From positions 5,761 through 69,760 of the IMG/VR virus record IMGVR_UViG_3300045284_000279: a DNA stretch of 64,000 nucleotides; one strand, given 5' to 3'. Source of the DNA: a virus. Within the stretch, counting starts at the first letter, position 1; every line of letters begins with the position of its first letter. Shown here piece after piece: positions 26,772-35,584 of this stretch. The notes beneath the pieces were generated by a model. The model ran no database searches. It had not been told where the DNA came from and saw nothing but the letters and a program-made list of their open reading frames with translations. The translations under genes and the position numbers were made by a program.

Positions 26772-28739
26772 ATGGCCAGCACCAGTCAGCACACCTACCG
26801 ACACAAGAGCGGGCATTCCATCGTCAAGCACGACGGAAGCTGGAGCGTGATGTCGAAGGACGGGAATCAGGTGCTGAAGCGCGTCGGTTCACTCGACGAG
26901 GCCATCGCGTGGTGCGATGCGAAGTTCGTGAAGGTCGCACGCTGCCTGCACCTGCTCGGCGCAACCGGCGACATCCGCACGGCGAAGTTCGAGGACCGCG
27001 ACCACGTCGTCGTACCTGTCGTCGCGCTGCTCGGCGACACGACGATCTGGCCGGTCAATGCGCCGGCACCTGAATACGTGCCTGCTGAGACGCTGGCCGT
27101 TGCGCCGCAGGGGTGGAACGGTCGGCCGTGCGTCGGCGATCATCCGCAGGACAACGGCACGCAGATCTCCGCCAACTCGCCGCGTATCCTCGAGCGCGAA
27201 GCCTTCGGTCGGATCTTCGACGCGCAGTTCAAGAACAACAGCCTCGCCGTCGAAGGCTGGCTCGATCGGTCTCGCGCTGATGCCCTGCCGGAACCGCAGC
27301 GCACGAATGCGCTCGACGTGCTCGATCGCGTGCTCGCAGGCGAGGTCGTCGAGGTTTCAGTCGGCTGCTACGTCGTGACGGAAGAGCACCCAGGCATCGA
27401 CGCCAACGGCATGGCATACAACGAGATCTGGACCGAGGTCGTGCCCGATCACCTCGCGTTCCTGCCTGCCGGATCGACTGGCGCCTGCTCGGTCGAGATG
27501 GGCTGCGGCGCTCCGCGTGCCGCACGCATCCACATCCCCGCAGGCGACCACTACGTCGACGGCGCGTCGGCCGTCTCCGATCCGACCTCGATTGCTGCAG
27601 GTCGTGAAGCATCCGCCGTGCTCGCGATCCTTCGCTCGGTGACGGCGCACGTACCAGAGACGACCGCGGCGCCCGTGCCCGATCCGGCACAGGTCCCGCA
27701 GGAGGACGCGATGAGCGGAACGAAGAAGGGCAGCGAGGATCTGCCGCAGCCGAAGTCCACGATGAAGACCATGCTCGCGCGCTTCGCGTCGAGCTTCGTG
27801 TCGTTCTTCCGCAGCGCACAGGAAGGCATGAGCGACGCCGACCTGCGCGGCAAGCTGTACGACGCCGTGCGGGCCGACGAGCCGGGCTTCCTCTGGATCG
27901 AGGAGGTCTATCCGACCGACAGCATCGTCATCTACTGCGTGCAGCCGGAGCAGGAGATGCAGACCATCCGCCGGACCTTCGCGTTGAGCGAATCCGGTGA
28001 CGTCACACTGAACGGCGACCGCGAAGAAGTCGAGCGCGTCACGTCGTATCAGCCGAAGGCCGCCGCGGCGAGCGCCGCAAGCGGAGTGGTCGCGGGAGAT
28101 CCCGCGCCGAAAACCGCCGCATGCGGGTGCGGCGGGCAGAAGGAGTCACAAACGCCCGCTCATACCGCAGCAGCGGAGGTCAAGATGCACAGGAACGCGG
28201 AGCGCATCAGTGCGCTCATCGCCAACCCGAAGACGTACTGGAAGGCCGCCGACCAGACGTTCCTCGAGGGTCTCGACGACGCGCGCCTCTCGGAAGTCGA
28301 GGCGGCGGCCGTGCCACCGACCGAGACCGAAGAGGAGCGTCGGCGGCGCGAGGCAGCAGCAGTCGCAGGGACCGGAACCGAGACGCCGGCCGCGACGACG
28401 ACGGAGCAGCCGAAGGCGGCTGCGGCCAAGAAGACGACGGCCGAGTGGCTGTCGGATGCGCCCGCAGAGGTGCGGTCGCTCGTGGCGAATGCCCAGCGTC
28501 AGGAGCAGGCCCGCCGTACGGCGCTGGTCGGCTCGCTGAAGGGGTGCCAGTCGGAGTACACCGAAGCGGAGCTGGGATCGATGCCGATCGATCAGCTCGA
28601 GCGCATCGCGCGCCTCGCGCGCGCCACCGTGCCGGACGCGGACTTCGCGGCGCTCGGCGGACCGGCGCGTGAAGCGGTCGACGACTTCATCGAGAACCCG
28701 CCGAACGGCTGGTTCCCGGCCGGAAAGGCGGCGAACTGA
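26772..28739 (+). CDS. prohead protease/scaffold fusion (DUF2213-type)
   Basis: WNGRP...DHP, EVSVG, PDHLA.LP....GACS...GCG followed by low-complexity scaffold. Confidence 0.8.
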   Translation: MASTSQHTYRHKSGHSIVKHDGSWSVMSKDGNQVLKRVGSLDEAIAWCDAKFVKVARCLHLLGATGDIRTAKFEDRDHVVVPVVALLGDTTIWPVNAPAPEYVPAETLAVAPQGWNGRPCVGDHPQDNGTQISANSPRILEREAFGRIFDAQFKNNSLAVEGWLDRSRADALPEPQRTNALDVLDRVLAGEVVEVSVGCYVVTEEHPGIDANGMAYNEIWTEVVPDHLAFLPAGSTGACSVEMGCGAPRAARIHIPAGDHYVDGASAVSDPTSIAAGREASAVLAILRSVTAHVPETTAAPVPDPAQVPQEDAMSGTKKGSEDLPQPKSTMKTMLARFASSFVSFFRSAQEGMSDADLRGKLYDAVRADEPGFLWIEEVYPTDSIVIYCVQPEQEMQTIRRTFALSESGDVTLNGDREEVERVTSYQPKAAAASAASGVVAGDPAPKTAACGCGGQKESQTPAHTAAAEVKMHRNAERISALIANPKTYWKAADQTFLEGLDDARLSEVEAAAVPPTETEEERRRREAAAVAGTGTETPAATTTEQPKAAAAKKTTAEWLSDAPAEVRSLVANAQRQEQARRTALVGSLKGCQSEYTEAELGSMPIDQLERIARLARATVPDADFAALGGPAREAVDDFIENPPNGWFPAGKAAN

Positions 28740-28741
28740 TC

Positions 28742-29188
28742 ATGGCGATCACCAGATACGATCCGAACACCATCTGGCTCGGTGGCAACGTGACGCAGGT
28801 CGGCGACGTCGTCGCGTCCGAAGCCATCACGCCCGGTCACCTCGTCGAGCGGTTCAACAGCTCCGGCACTGCGAAGTTCCGCAAGTGCACGCTGGTGACC
28901 GGTGCCACGCTGCCGGCATTCGCGCTCAACCAGTCGATGCTCAACAAGGGCGTCGACGACGCCTACGCGTCGGGCGACCTCGTCGAGGTCGCTATCGGCT
29001 CGAAGGGTGCCACGTTCTGGGCCATCATCGCGTCCGGACAGAACATCGTCGCCGGCGCGCGCCTCGAATCGGCAGGCAACGGGACGCTGCGGGCGCTGGC
29101 GAGCGGCGTGGCAATCGCGCAGGCCGTCCGCGGCGTCGACAACTCGGCCGGACCGGGCGACGCCCGCATCCCGGTCGAAGTGATCTGA
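28742..29188 (+). CDS. head decoration protein
   Basis: A.EAITPGHLVE...Y..GD.V...LES.GNGTLR; lies between protease and MCP. Confidence 0.7.
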   Translation: MAITRYDPNTIWLGGNVTQVGDVVASEAITPGHLVERFNSSGTAKFRKCTLVTGATLPAFALNQSMLNKGVDDAYASGDLVEVAIGSKGATFWAIIASGQNIVAGARLESAGNGTLRALASGVAIAQAVRGVDNSAGPGDARIPVEVI

Positions 29189-29204
29189 GGAGGAGTCAAA
29201 AGCC

Positions 29205-30215
29205 ATGATCAACAGATTCGGAGACCTCCGCCTCAGCGGCGCGCCAACGCACTTCCAGACGCTGGCGGCGATGCTGGCGCGGAACCTGTCCGTGGGGCAG
29301 CTGCGGTCGTTGACCCCGCTGCCTGCCGAGGCGCAGAAGGAGATCGACAAGGCCGTCGTCAGGGTGGGCCGTACGCGGCTCGTCCTCGTCGACGACCTGA
29401 TCTCGGAAGGCCTCGTCTACAACCTGACCGACCCGCTCTCGGTCATGCAGCTGGAATGGGAGTCGACCTCCGAGACCGGCGGCGCGCAGCGGACGATGAG
29501 CCCGTCTGCGCGCGGAGAGAACCAGCTGCCGAACCGCACGCCGAGCCGCGTGCCGATCTTCCTGACGACCGACGACTTCTTCCTCGGCATCAGGACGTTC
29601 CGCGCGAGCCAGCGCGTCGGTCAGCCGCTGGACACGACGCTCGTCGAGCAGGCGACGCGTCGAGTCAACGAGGCGATCGAAGACCAGGCCTTCAACGGCG
29701 CCTCGCTCGCCGTCGGCGGCTACTCGGCGCCGGGCGTGCTCGGCGCACCGAGCGTCAACAGCTACGTCTACAACGACTCCGGCCAGGCGTGGGACAACGC
29801 CGGCAAGACGGGGGAGGAGATCCTCTCCGACGTGCTGTCGATGATCGACCTCGCCGTCGGCGACAAGCGGTACGGTCCGTACAACCTGTACGTGCCGACG
29901 CTCTACGGCAACAAGCTGAACGCCGACTTCAAGGCGAACAGCGCGATGACGACGCTCCAGCGCCTGGAGCAGATCAGCGTCGGCGGCCGCAACCTGCAGG
30001 TGCGCGTCGCGGACGCGCTGCCGGCGAATAAGACCGTGCTCGTGCAGATGACGAGCGACGTCATCGACCTGATCAACGGTCAGGCTCCGGTGACGATCCC
30101 GTGGACGTCCCCGGACGGCTTCACGCTGTACTGGCTCGTGATGGCGATCCAGGTCGTGCGCGTGCGCGCCGACTACTCGTCCAACTCGGGCATCGTCGTC
30201 GGCTTCACGTCGTAA
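29205..30215 (+). CDS. major capsid protein (HK97 fold, encapsulin/linocin-like)
   Basis: strong RBS; ID.AVV...R.RL, PI...DF...R...AS...G.PLD, E...FNG, YGPY.LYVP. Confidence 0.85.
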   Translation: MINRFGDLRLSGAPTHFQTLAAMLARNLSVGQLRSLTPLPAEAQKEIDKAVVRVGRTRLVLVDDLISEGLVYNLTDPLSVMQLEWESTSETGGAQRTMSPSARGENQLPNRTPSRVPIFLTTDDFFLGIRTFRASQRVGQPLDTTLVEQATRRVNEAIEDQAFNGASLAVGGYSAPGVLGAPSVNSYVYNDSGQAWDNAGKTGEEILSDVLSMIDLAVGDKRYGPYNLYVPTLYGNKLNADFKANSAMTTLQRLEQISVGGRNLQVRVADALPANKTVLVQMTSDVIDLINGQAPVTIPWTSPDGFTLYWLVMAIQVVRVRADYSSNSGIVVGFTS

Positions 30216-30256
30216 GCCGCGTCGAAGTCTACCGAAGGGAGCGAGGAGAAACCGCC

Positions 30257-30661
30257 ATGCCGAAGTATCGCATCGTGGCCGGCAAGATCAGCCGGCCTGT
30301 TCGCCGCGAGAACACGCAGCCCGATCCGAAGACGGGCAAGCATCCCGAAGATCGCGTGGTCTTCAGGGCCGGTCAGGTCGTCGACTTGTCGCACGAGGAA
30401 GCGGCGCGCCTCGGCGCGAACGTCGTGCCCGTCGCCGACGAGATGGCCGATCAGATCCCGTCGGGGTCTGTCGGCGTGCCGCTCGGATTCGGCGCCGGTC
30501 CGGATCGTGCCGTGCCGGTGAAGGGTTCGACGGCCACCCAGCCGCCGCAGCCTGCCAGCCGGCCGACCGGTGGCACGACCGACCTGTCGACGCCGGTCGA
30601 CGAGGCCGGAGACAAGACCCAGGCCGACGGCAAGTCGGAAGGCCGCAAGGGCCGCGGGTAG
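30257..30661 (+). CDS. virion-associated hypothetical protein
   Basis: GAGGAG RBS; follows MCP; G.VV.LS.EEA..L. Confidence 0.55.
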   Translation: MPKYRIVAGKISRPVRRENTQPDPKTGKHPEDRVVFRAGQVVDLSHEEAARLGANVVPVADEMADQIPSGSVGVPLGFGAGPDRAVPVKGSTATQPPQPASRPTGGTTDLSTPVDEAGDKTQADGKSEGRKGRG

Positions 30662-30689
30662 TCAACGCGGATCAGGAGGAGGAGTATCG

Positions 30690-30920
30690 GTGCTGACGAT
30701 CCGCGTCGAGCACAGCGCGTCCGTCCACGAGGTCTTCGAGGCCTCGCGCTACACCTACGACAGCGAGGCTTGTCACTTGACCATCGATCAGGTCGAGGGC
30801 GGGCCTCGCGTCGTCCAGCTCGGACAGGGCGCGAAGTACTACGTGATGAACAGCGTCGGGCAGACGGTGGCGACGGAGACCGTCGGCCGGCCTCGCTCGG
30901 CGCAGTTCAGGACTGGATAG
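30690..30920 (+). CDS. hypothetical protein
   Basis: AGGAGGAGGAG RBS; YVMN..G.TV motif. Confidence 0.55.
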   Translation: MLTIRVEHSASVHEVFEASRYTYDSEACHLTIDQVEGGPRVVQLGQGAKYYVMNSVGQTVATETVGRPRSAQFRTG

Positions 30921-30923
30921 GCG

Positions 30924-31277
30924 ATGGCGTGGGGATTCACCGGCGCGGCGGAGCCTGACGTCAACGTGCGTGCCGCCGTCGTGCCCGTCGCCGACGACGT
31001 GACGGAAGCCATCGCGCAGGGCGGACAGATCGTCAGCGGCAACGTACGCATTCAGTGGATCAACGTCATCAACGACGCGCAGCAGGAAGAAGGCGTGCGC
31101 GTCACCGACACGGCCGGGAATCCGATCTTGCCGATGGTGAAGGTGCCGGAGCGCGACAACCGCGAGAAGGAGTGGCCGTTCCCGAAGTACAACGGCGTCG
31201 TCGTGTGGCGTCCCTTGTCGGGTGCCGTCGCCAACGGTGCCGTGACCGTCGACTTGACCGGCTACGCGGTGACCTAA
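30924..31277 (+). CDS. beta-rich virion-associated protein
   Basis: position in structural operon; beta-strand pattern. Confidence 0.5.
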   Translation: MAWGFTGAAEPDVNVRAAVVPVADDVTEAIAQGGQIVSGNVRIQWINVINDAQQEEGVRVTDTAGNPILPMVKVPERDNREKEWPFPKYNGVVVWRPLSGAVANGAVTVDLTGYAVT

Positions 31278-31281
31278 CACA

Positions 31282-31887
31282 GTGAGACGCTGGCTGCACC
31301 TCGCGCTCGTCGGTGCCTTCGGGATGTTGGCTGGGAACCTGCTGACGGGCCGACCCGTCGAAGCGCAGAACATCAAGGCGACGGATCCGCGCAACGGCCA
31401 CACCGTCGACCTCGGCGACTGGGGCGGGAAGCTCGACACGATCGCCGGCGACACGACGGTGATGCAGACGCAGCTGGCGAGCATCCTCAAGCGGCTCAAT
31501 CGTCCGCTCGTCGTGATTCCGCAGCCGCTCGGTGCCTGCGCAGCGACGAACACCACGCTCTTCGATCAGGCCATCTCGCAGACGGCGACGACGAGGATCA
31601 TCACCGGCGTCCCGGGCATGCGGTGGGTGGTCTGCGCGATTCGCATCGTGGCGAATGCGGCCGAGGTCACGTCGGAGTTGGAAGGCACGGGCACCAACTG
31701 CGGCACCGGCACGGTCGCGCACAGCGGCTCGACGACGGCAGCGAGCGGTGAGAGCTTTTCAGCAGGCGGCGGCTACCAGAGCACGCAGCCGTTCTACGCG
31801 AACAAGCCCGGCACGGACTTCTGCATCGGCGACAGCGGATCGAGCAGGGTGACCGGCAAGGTGACGGCGGCGTTCGTGCCGTCTTAG
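31282..31887 (+). CDS. signal-peptide beta-sandwich protein
   Basis: MRRWLHLALVGAFGMLAG...VEA/Q; Thr/Gly rich, 4 Cys. Confidence 0.6.
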   Translation: MRRWLHLALVGAFGMLAGNLLTGRPVEAQNIKATDPRNGHTVDLGDWGGKLDTIAGDTTVMQTQLASILKRLNRPLVVIPQPLGACAATNTTLFDQAISQTATTRIITGVPGMRWVVCAIRIVANAAEVTSELEGTGTNCGTGTVAHSGSTTAASGESFSAGGGYQSTQPFYANKPGTDFCIGDSGSSRVTGKVTAAFVPS

Positions 31888-31902
31888 GGTGGAGCAGACA
31901 CG

Positions 31903-32400
31903 ATGAAGACGTGGAAGGCCTTCGACATCATCTTCGCGACGCTCAGCGCGGTCGTCGTGGCACTCGTCGTGCCGCTGCACGCGCAGTTGAATCAGCCGGA
32001 CCCTGCGAAGGTCCAGGCCGAACTGGGCGTCCCTGCGATCTACCTGGTTCCGATCTCGGCGACAGCAGGTAACTCGACGCAGACGACGCTGACGATTCCT
32101 GCACCTCCGCCCGGTGCCTACAACTACGTGTGCAAGCTCGACTTCAACGACTCGCAGGGCACGACCGGCAACGCACAGACCAACTCCACGATCACGACGA
32201 CGAACTTCAACTCGTGGGCGTGGAAGTACAGCCTCGCCGCGGCGACCAACACGCAGTACGAGCATTCGTTCGACTGGGGTCAGCCGGCGACCGGCTGCGC
32301 GAAGAGCACCTCGCCCGCGACGGCGACGACCTTCGTGAGCCCGAGCGGCGGCAACGCGACGCAGTTCACGTTCTCGGCGATGTACTACCAAGCGAAGTGA
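31903..32400 (+). CDS. signal-peptide protein, paralogue 1 of 3
   Basis: LHA/Q cleavage site; DPAK, TLTIP, YVCKL, TNFNSWAWKYS, YEHSFDWG.PATGCAKS. Confidence 0.7.
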   Translation: MKTWKAFDIIFATLSAVVVALVVPLHAQLNQPDPAKVQAELGVPAIYLVPISATAGNSTQTTLTIPAPPPGAYNYVCKLDFNDSQGTTGNAQTNSTITTTNFNSWAWKYSLAAATNTQYEHSFDWGQPATGCAKSTSPATATTFVSPSGGNATQFTFSAMYYQAK

Positions 32401-32408
32401 GGATTCCG

Positions 32409-32945
32409 ATGAAGCGTGCCGTCGTCTTCCTGATCGCCTTCTTCGGTCTGCTCGTCCTCGGGCCGCGTGCCACGCAGGTAATCTGGCGCGCCGCCGAGAT
32501 GCCGTTCTCGTTGGCGGAAAGGCTCGACGCGCAGAACCTCTCCGATCCTGCGAAGACGCAGGTTGAGATCGGCATCCCGGCCGTCTACACGATTGCGATC
32601 TCGGCGACGGCCGCCGTCAACAACCAGACGACGCTGACGATTCCGCAGCCGCCGTCCGGTCAGTACAACTACGTGTGCAAGCTCGAATTCAGCGCGAGCC
32701 AGAACGGCACGTCGACGGCTAACCCGAACAGCACGACGAGCTCGACGAACTTCAACAGCTGGGCGTGGAAGTATTCGCTGGCGGCGACGGCGAACCTGTC
32801 GTACGAACATTCGTTCGACATGGGCAACCCTGCGACCGGCTGCGCGAAGAGCACGTCACCCGGCACCGTCACGACGTTCGTCTCGCCGGCAGCGCTGACC
32901 AACACGGCCTTCACGTGGTCGGCCACCTACTATCAGGCGAAGTAA
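32409..32945 (+). CDS. signal-peptide protein, paralogue 2 of 3
   Basis: hydrophobic N-terminus; same motifs as 31903. Confidence 0.7.
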   Translation: MKRAVVFLIAFFGLLVLGPRATQVIWRAAEMPFSLAERLDAQNLSDPAKTQVEIGIPAVYTIAISATAAVNNQTTLTIPQPPSGQYNYVCKLEFSASQNGTSTANPNSTTSSTNFNSWAWKYSLAATANLSYEHSFDMGNPATGCAKSTSPGTVTTFVSPAALTNTAFTWSATYYQAK

Positions 32946-33460
32946 TGGGGACGTCAGCCTTCGCTCGAACGATCGTCCGCGACGCGCTGCGCATCGTCGG
33001 CCTGCTCGCCTGCGCCATCATCGCGCTCGGCCTCAGGCAGCAGCAGAATACGCCGGACCCTGCGAAGCTCCAGATTGAGCTCGGCGTGCCGGGCGTCTAC
33101 CTGACGCAGTCGTCGGCGACTGGCGCGAGCAGCGCACAGGTGACGCTCACGATTCCTGCGCCGCAGCCGAACAACTTCGTCTACGTCTGCAAGCTCGAGA
33201 TCTCGGCGTCGAACGACGGCGTCGGAGCAGGTGCACTGACGAACGCCACGTGGACCTCGACGAACTTCAACTCGTGGGCCTGGAAGTATTCCTCGCCGAT
33301 GGCTGCGCGCACGAACTACGAACACGCGTTCGACTGGGGTCAACCTGCGTCCGGCTGCGCGAAGGCGATCCTGCCCGGCACGGCAGTGACGTTCGTGTCG
33401 ACGGCGGCGACCGGCAACGACCAGTTCACGATGAGCGCCGTGTGGTTCTACGGGAAGTAA
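32945..33460 (+). CDS. signal-peptide protein, paralogue 3 of 3
   Basis: hydrophobic N-terminus; same motifs as 31903. Confidence 0.7.
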   Translation: MGTSAFARTIVRDALRIVGLLACAIIALGLRQQQNTPDPAKLQIELGVPGVYLTQSSATGASSAQVTLTIPAPQPNNFVYVCKLEISASNDGVGAGALTNATWTSTNFNSWAWKYSSPMAARTNYEHAFDWGQPASGCAKAILPGTAVTFVSTAATGNDQFTMSAVWFYGK

Positions 33461-33473
33461 AGGAGTGTCCTGC

Positions 33474-33848
33474 ATGACTCGCCCTGTTCGGCTGGTGCTC
33501 GCGCTGATCGTCGCCGCGAGCCTCGCCTCGCCCGCGTCGGCCGCCATCACGTATACGCAGGCTGCGGCGCTCGCTGTCGACACGGTCTTTATCGGTCAGG
33601 TGCTGGTGTCAGTCGAAAAGGCGGCCGTCTCCATCAACGCGGAAGCGACGACCGTCGCAGGTCATCGCGAGCGTGCGGCGCTGGCGACGCGCGTGATGGC
33701 CGACCCAGACGTCTGGAAGCTCAAGTTCGCCAACGCCTGCGCCGGCAACCTCACGTCGACGCTGTCGGGCGTGTCGGCCACCGACGCACAGGTCGACACG
33801 GCCGTGTCGTCCGTCTGGAATACGATGGCCGGCTACTTCGCGCAGTAG
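33474..33848 (+). CDS. signal-peptide helical protein
   Basis: AGGAG RBS; MTRPVRLVLALIVAASLASPASA/A; H..RAALA..V...D......V...WN..AG. Confidence 0.6.
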   Translation: MTRPVRLVLALIVAASLASPASAAITYTQAAALAVDTVFIGQVLVSVEKAAVSINAEATTVAGHRERAALATRVMADPDVWKLKFANACAGNLTSTLSGVSATDAQVDTAVSSVWNTMAGYFAQ

Positions 33849-33855
33849 ACTTCCG

Positions 33856-34587
33856 ATGCGTAGACTACTCATCGCCTTCGCGCTGTTCCTCATCTGCGCC
33901 TCTCGCGTCGATGCAGCGCTGGCCGTCGTGCAGGAGAAGGGCGTCTTCAACCCGAACCCTGCGAGCACGACCGCCGCGATTACGATCACCAGTTCAGTCT
34001 CGGGGAACCTCCTCATCGCGCTGGTGATGAACGACGCTTCCCAGCCGACCGTGTCTGGTGTCAGCGGCGGCGGCGCGAACACCTTCACGCAGGTGCCGTC
34101 GGCCCGCGCGCTGGACGGCGGCACGCACATGTCGGACATCTGGTATCTGCCGAACAACGCCGGCGGGATCACGACTGTCACGGCGACGCTCAGCGCGTCG
34201 AGTAGTTCGCACGGCATCTGGGTGATGGAAGTGTCGGGTGCCGCGACGGCGAGTCCCGTCGACATCCAGTCGGTGAAGAACAACGCAACGGCCTCGACGA
34301 CGGTCACCGGCACGTCGATGAACACGACGAACGCCGCCGACATCATCGTGGCGAACTGGACGACCGGCGCGACGACGACGACGGCCAACGCGCCGTGGAC
34401 GCTGTTCACGAATATCCTGAACGGAAACGGTGCCGGCTACCAGATCGTCGCCGTCACCAACTCGTACGCCGTGTCGGCCAACCAGAATTCAAGTCAGACG
34501 TACTGCGTGTCGCAGGTCGCCTTCAAGGGTACTGCGGCGGCGGCACCGTGCACCCGATCGTTGCTCGGCGTCGGGTGCCTGCCGTGA
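33856..34587 (+). CDS. signal-peptide Ser/Thr-rich beta protein
   Basis: VDA/A cleavage site; GNLLIA, E.SG...SP.D, C-terminal RSLLGVG. Confidence 0.6.
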   Translation: MRRLLIAFALFLICASRVDAALAVVQEKGVFNPNPASTTAAITITSSVSGNLLIALVMNDASQPTVSGVSGGGANTFTQVPSARALDGGTHMSDIWYLPNNAGGITTVTATLSASSSSHGIWVMEVSGAATASPVDIQSVKNNATASTTVTGTSMNTTNAADIIVANWTTGATTTTANAPWTLFTNILNGNGAGYQIVAVTNSYAVSANQNSSQTYCVSQVAFKGTAAAAPCTRSLLGVGCLP

Positions 34588-34623
34588 TCTTTCGTTCACT
34601 GTAGCCTTGGAAAGGTGCCGTCG

Positions 34624-35142
34624 ATGATGCCGATGATTACGAGACAGCGCAAGCGCCAGCGAGCTATCGGCCTGCTCGCGCTCTTCGGGCTGCAGCCGAT
34701 CTACGACCTGCGCCGGTCGAAGGGGAACACCTTCGAAGACGACGTGTTGAAGCTGTACTTCAACGCGACGGCGATCGCGAACATCGCCGACAACGCGGCG
34801 AGCTCGCCCATCACGAACATCGAAGTCGCGCTGCACACCGCCGACCCAGGTGAGGCCGGGAACCAGACGACGAGCGAAGCGGCCTACACCAGCTACGCGC
34901 GCGTCGCCGTGGCGCGGACCTCGGGCGGCTGGTCGGTCTCGTCCGGCAGCGTGTCGCCCGTCGCGAACATCGACTTCCCTGCGGCGACCGGCGGATCGGA
35001 AACCGAGACGCACGGATCGGTCGGCACAGCGCACACCGGCACCGGCAAGATCATGTACAGCGGCACCGTGACGCCGAACATCGCCGTCGCGAACGGCGTG
35101 ACGCCTCGCCTGACGACGGCGAGTGCGATCACGGAGGACTGA
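34624..35142 (+). CDS. small virion fibre-associated protein
   Basis: SKGNTFE...FNATAIANIADNAA, ALHTADPGEAG, YARVAVAR, FPAATGG, a widespread phage fibre-associated family. Confidence 0.7.
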   Translation: MMPMITRQRKRQRAIGLLALFGLQPIYDLRRSKGNTFEDDVLKLYFNATAIANIADNAASSPITNIEVALHTADPGEAGNQTTSEAAYTSYARVAVARTSGGWSVSSGSVSPVANIDFPAATGGSETETHGSVGTAHTGTGKIMYSGTVTPNIAVANGVTPRLTTASAITED

Positions 35143-35146
35143 CGCC

Positions 35147-35578
35147 ATGACCGAGCAGCAGAAGATCTCATCCGAGGACGTGATGGAAGTCGACGCCGCG
35201 GACCTTGTCAAGGCGACGCCGTACGAAGAAGTCGGCGACCGCTGGGACATCGACCGCTCGACTGGCACCGTGCAGGCCGTGTGCCCGCGCTGCCAGAAGC
35301 CTCGCGGCGCCGAGTGCTGCGACGACTGCCGCGTCCAGAGCACGCTGCATACGAAGACGGCTGGGAACAAGCCGCGCATCGTGAGTGCCGTCGGCGCGAT
35401 GGCCTCGCACGGCGCGATGGGGTCCGAAGCCGGTCTCGGGAAAGAGATCCAGGAAGCGATGGTTGCCGCGGTGCAACGCCTGCTCGACGAAGGCGTTCCG
35501 ATCGACGCAGAAGCCGCGAAGTATCGCGAGGCGCAGATGGCCGCGCGCAAGGCCGTGCTCGACAAGCATCGAGGATAG
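35147..35578 (+). CDS. hypothetical Zn-finger protein
   Basis: GGAGG RBS; CPRC...CCDDC. Confidence 0.5.
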   Translation: MTEQQKISSEDVMEVDAADLVKATPYEEVGDRWDIDRSTGTVQAVCPRCQKPRGAECCDDCRVQSTLHTKTAGNKPRIVSAVGAMASHGAMGSEAGLGKEIQEAMVAAVQRLLDEGVPIDAEAAKYREAQMAARKAVLDKHRG

Positions 35579-35584
35579 CGACGC

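Noticed and set aside
29205-30215. Cellular encapsulin nanocompartment
   Set aside because: Sits in the canonical portal-protease-decoration-capsid order, so it is the phage MCP
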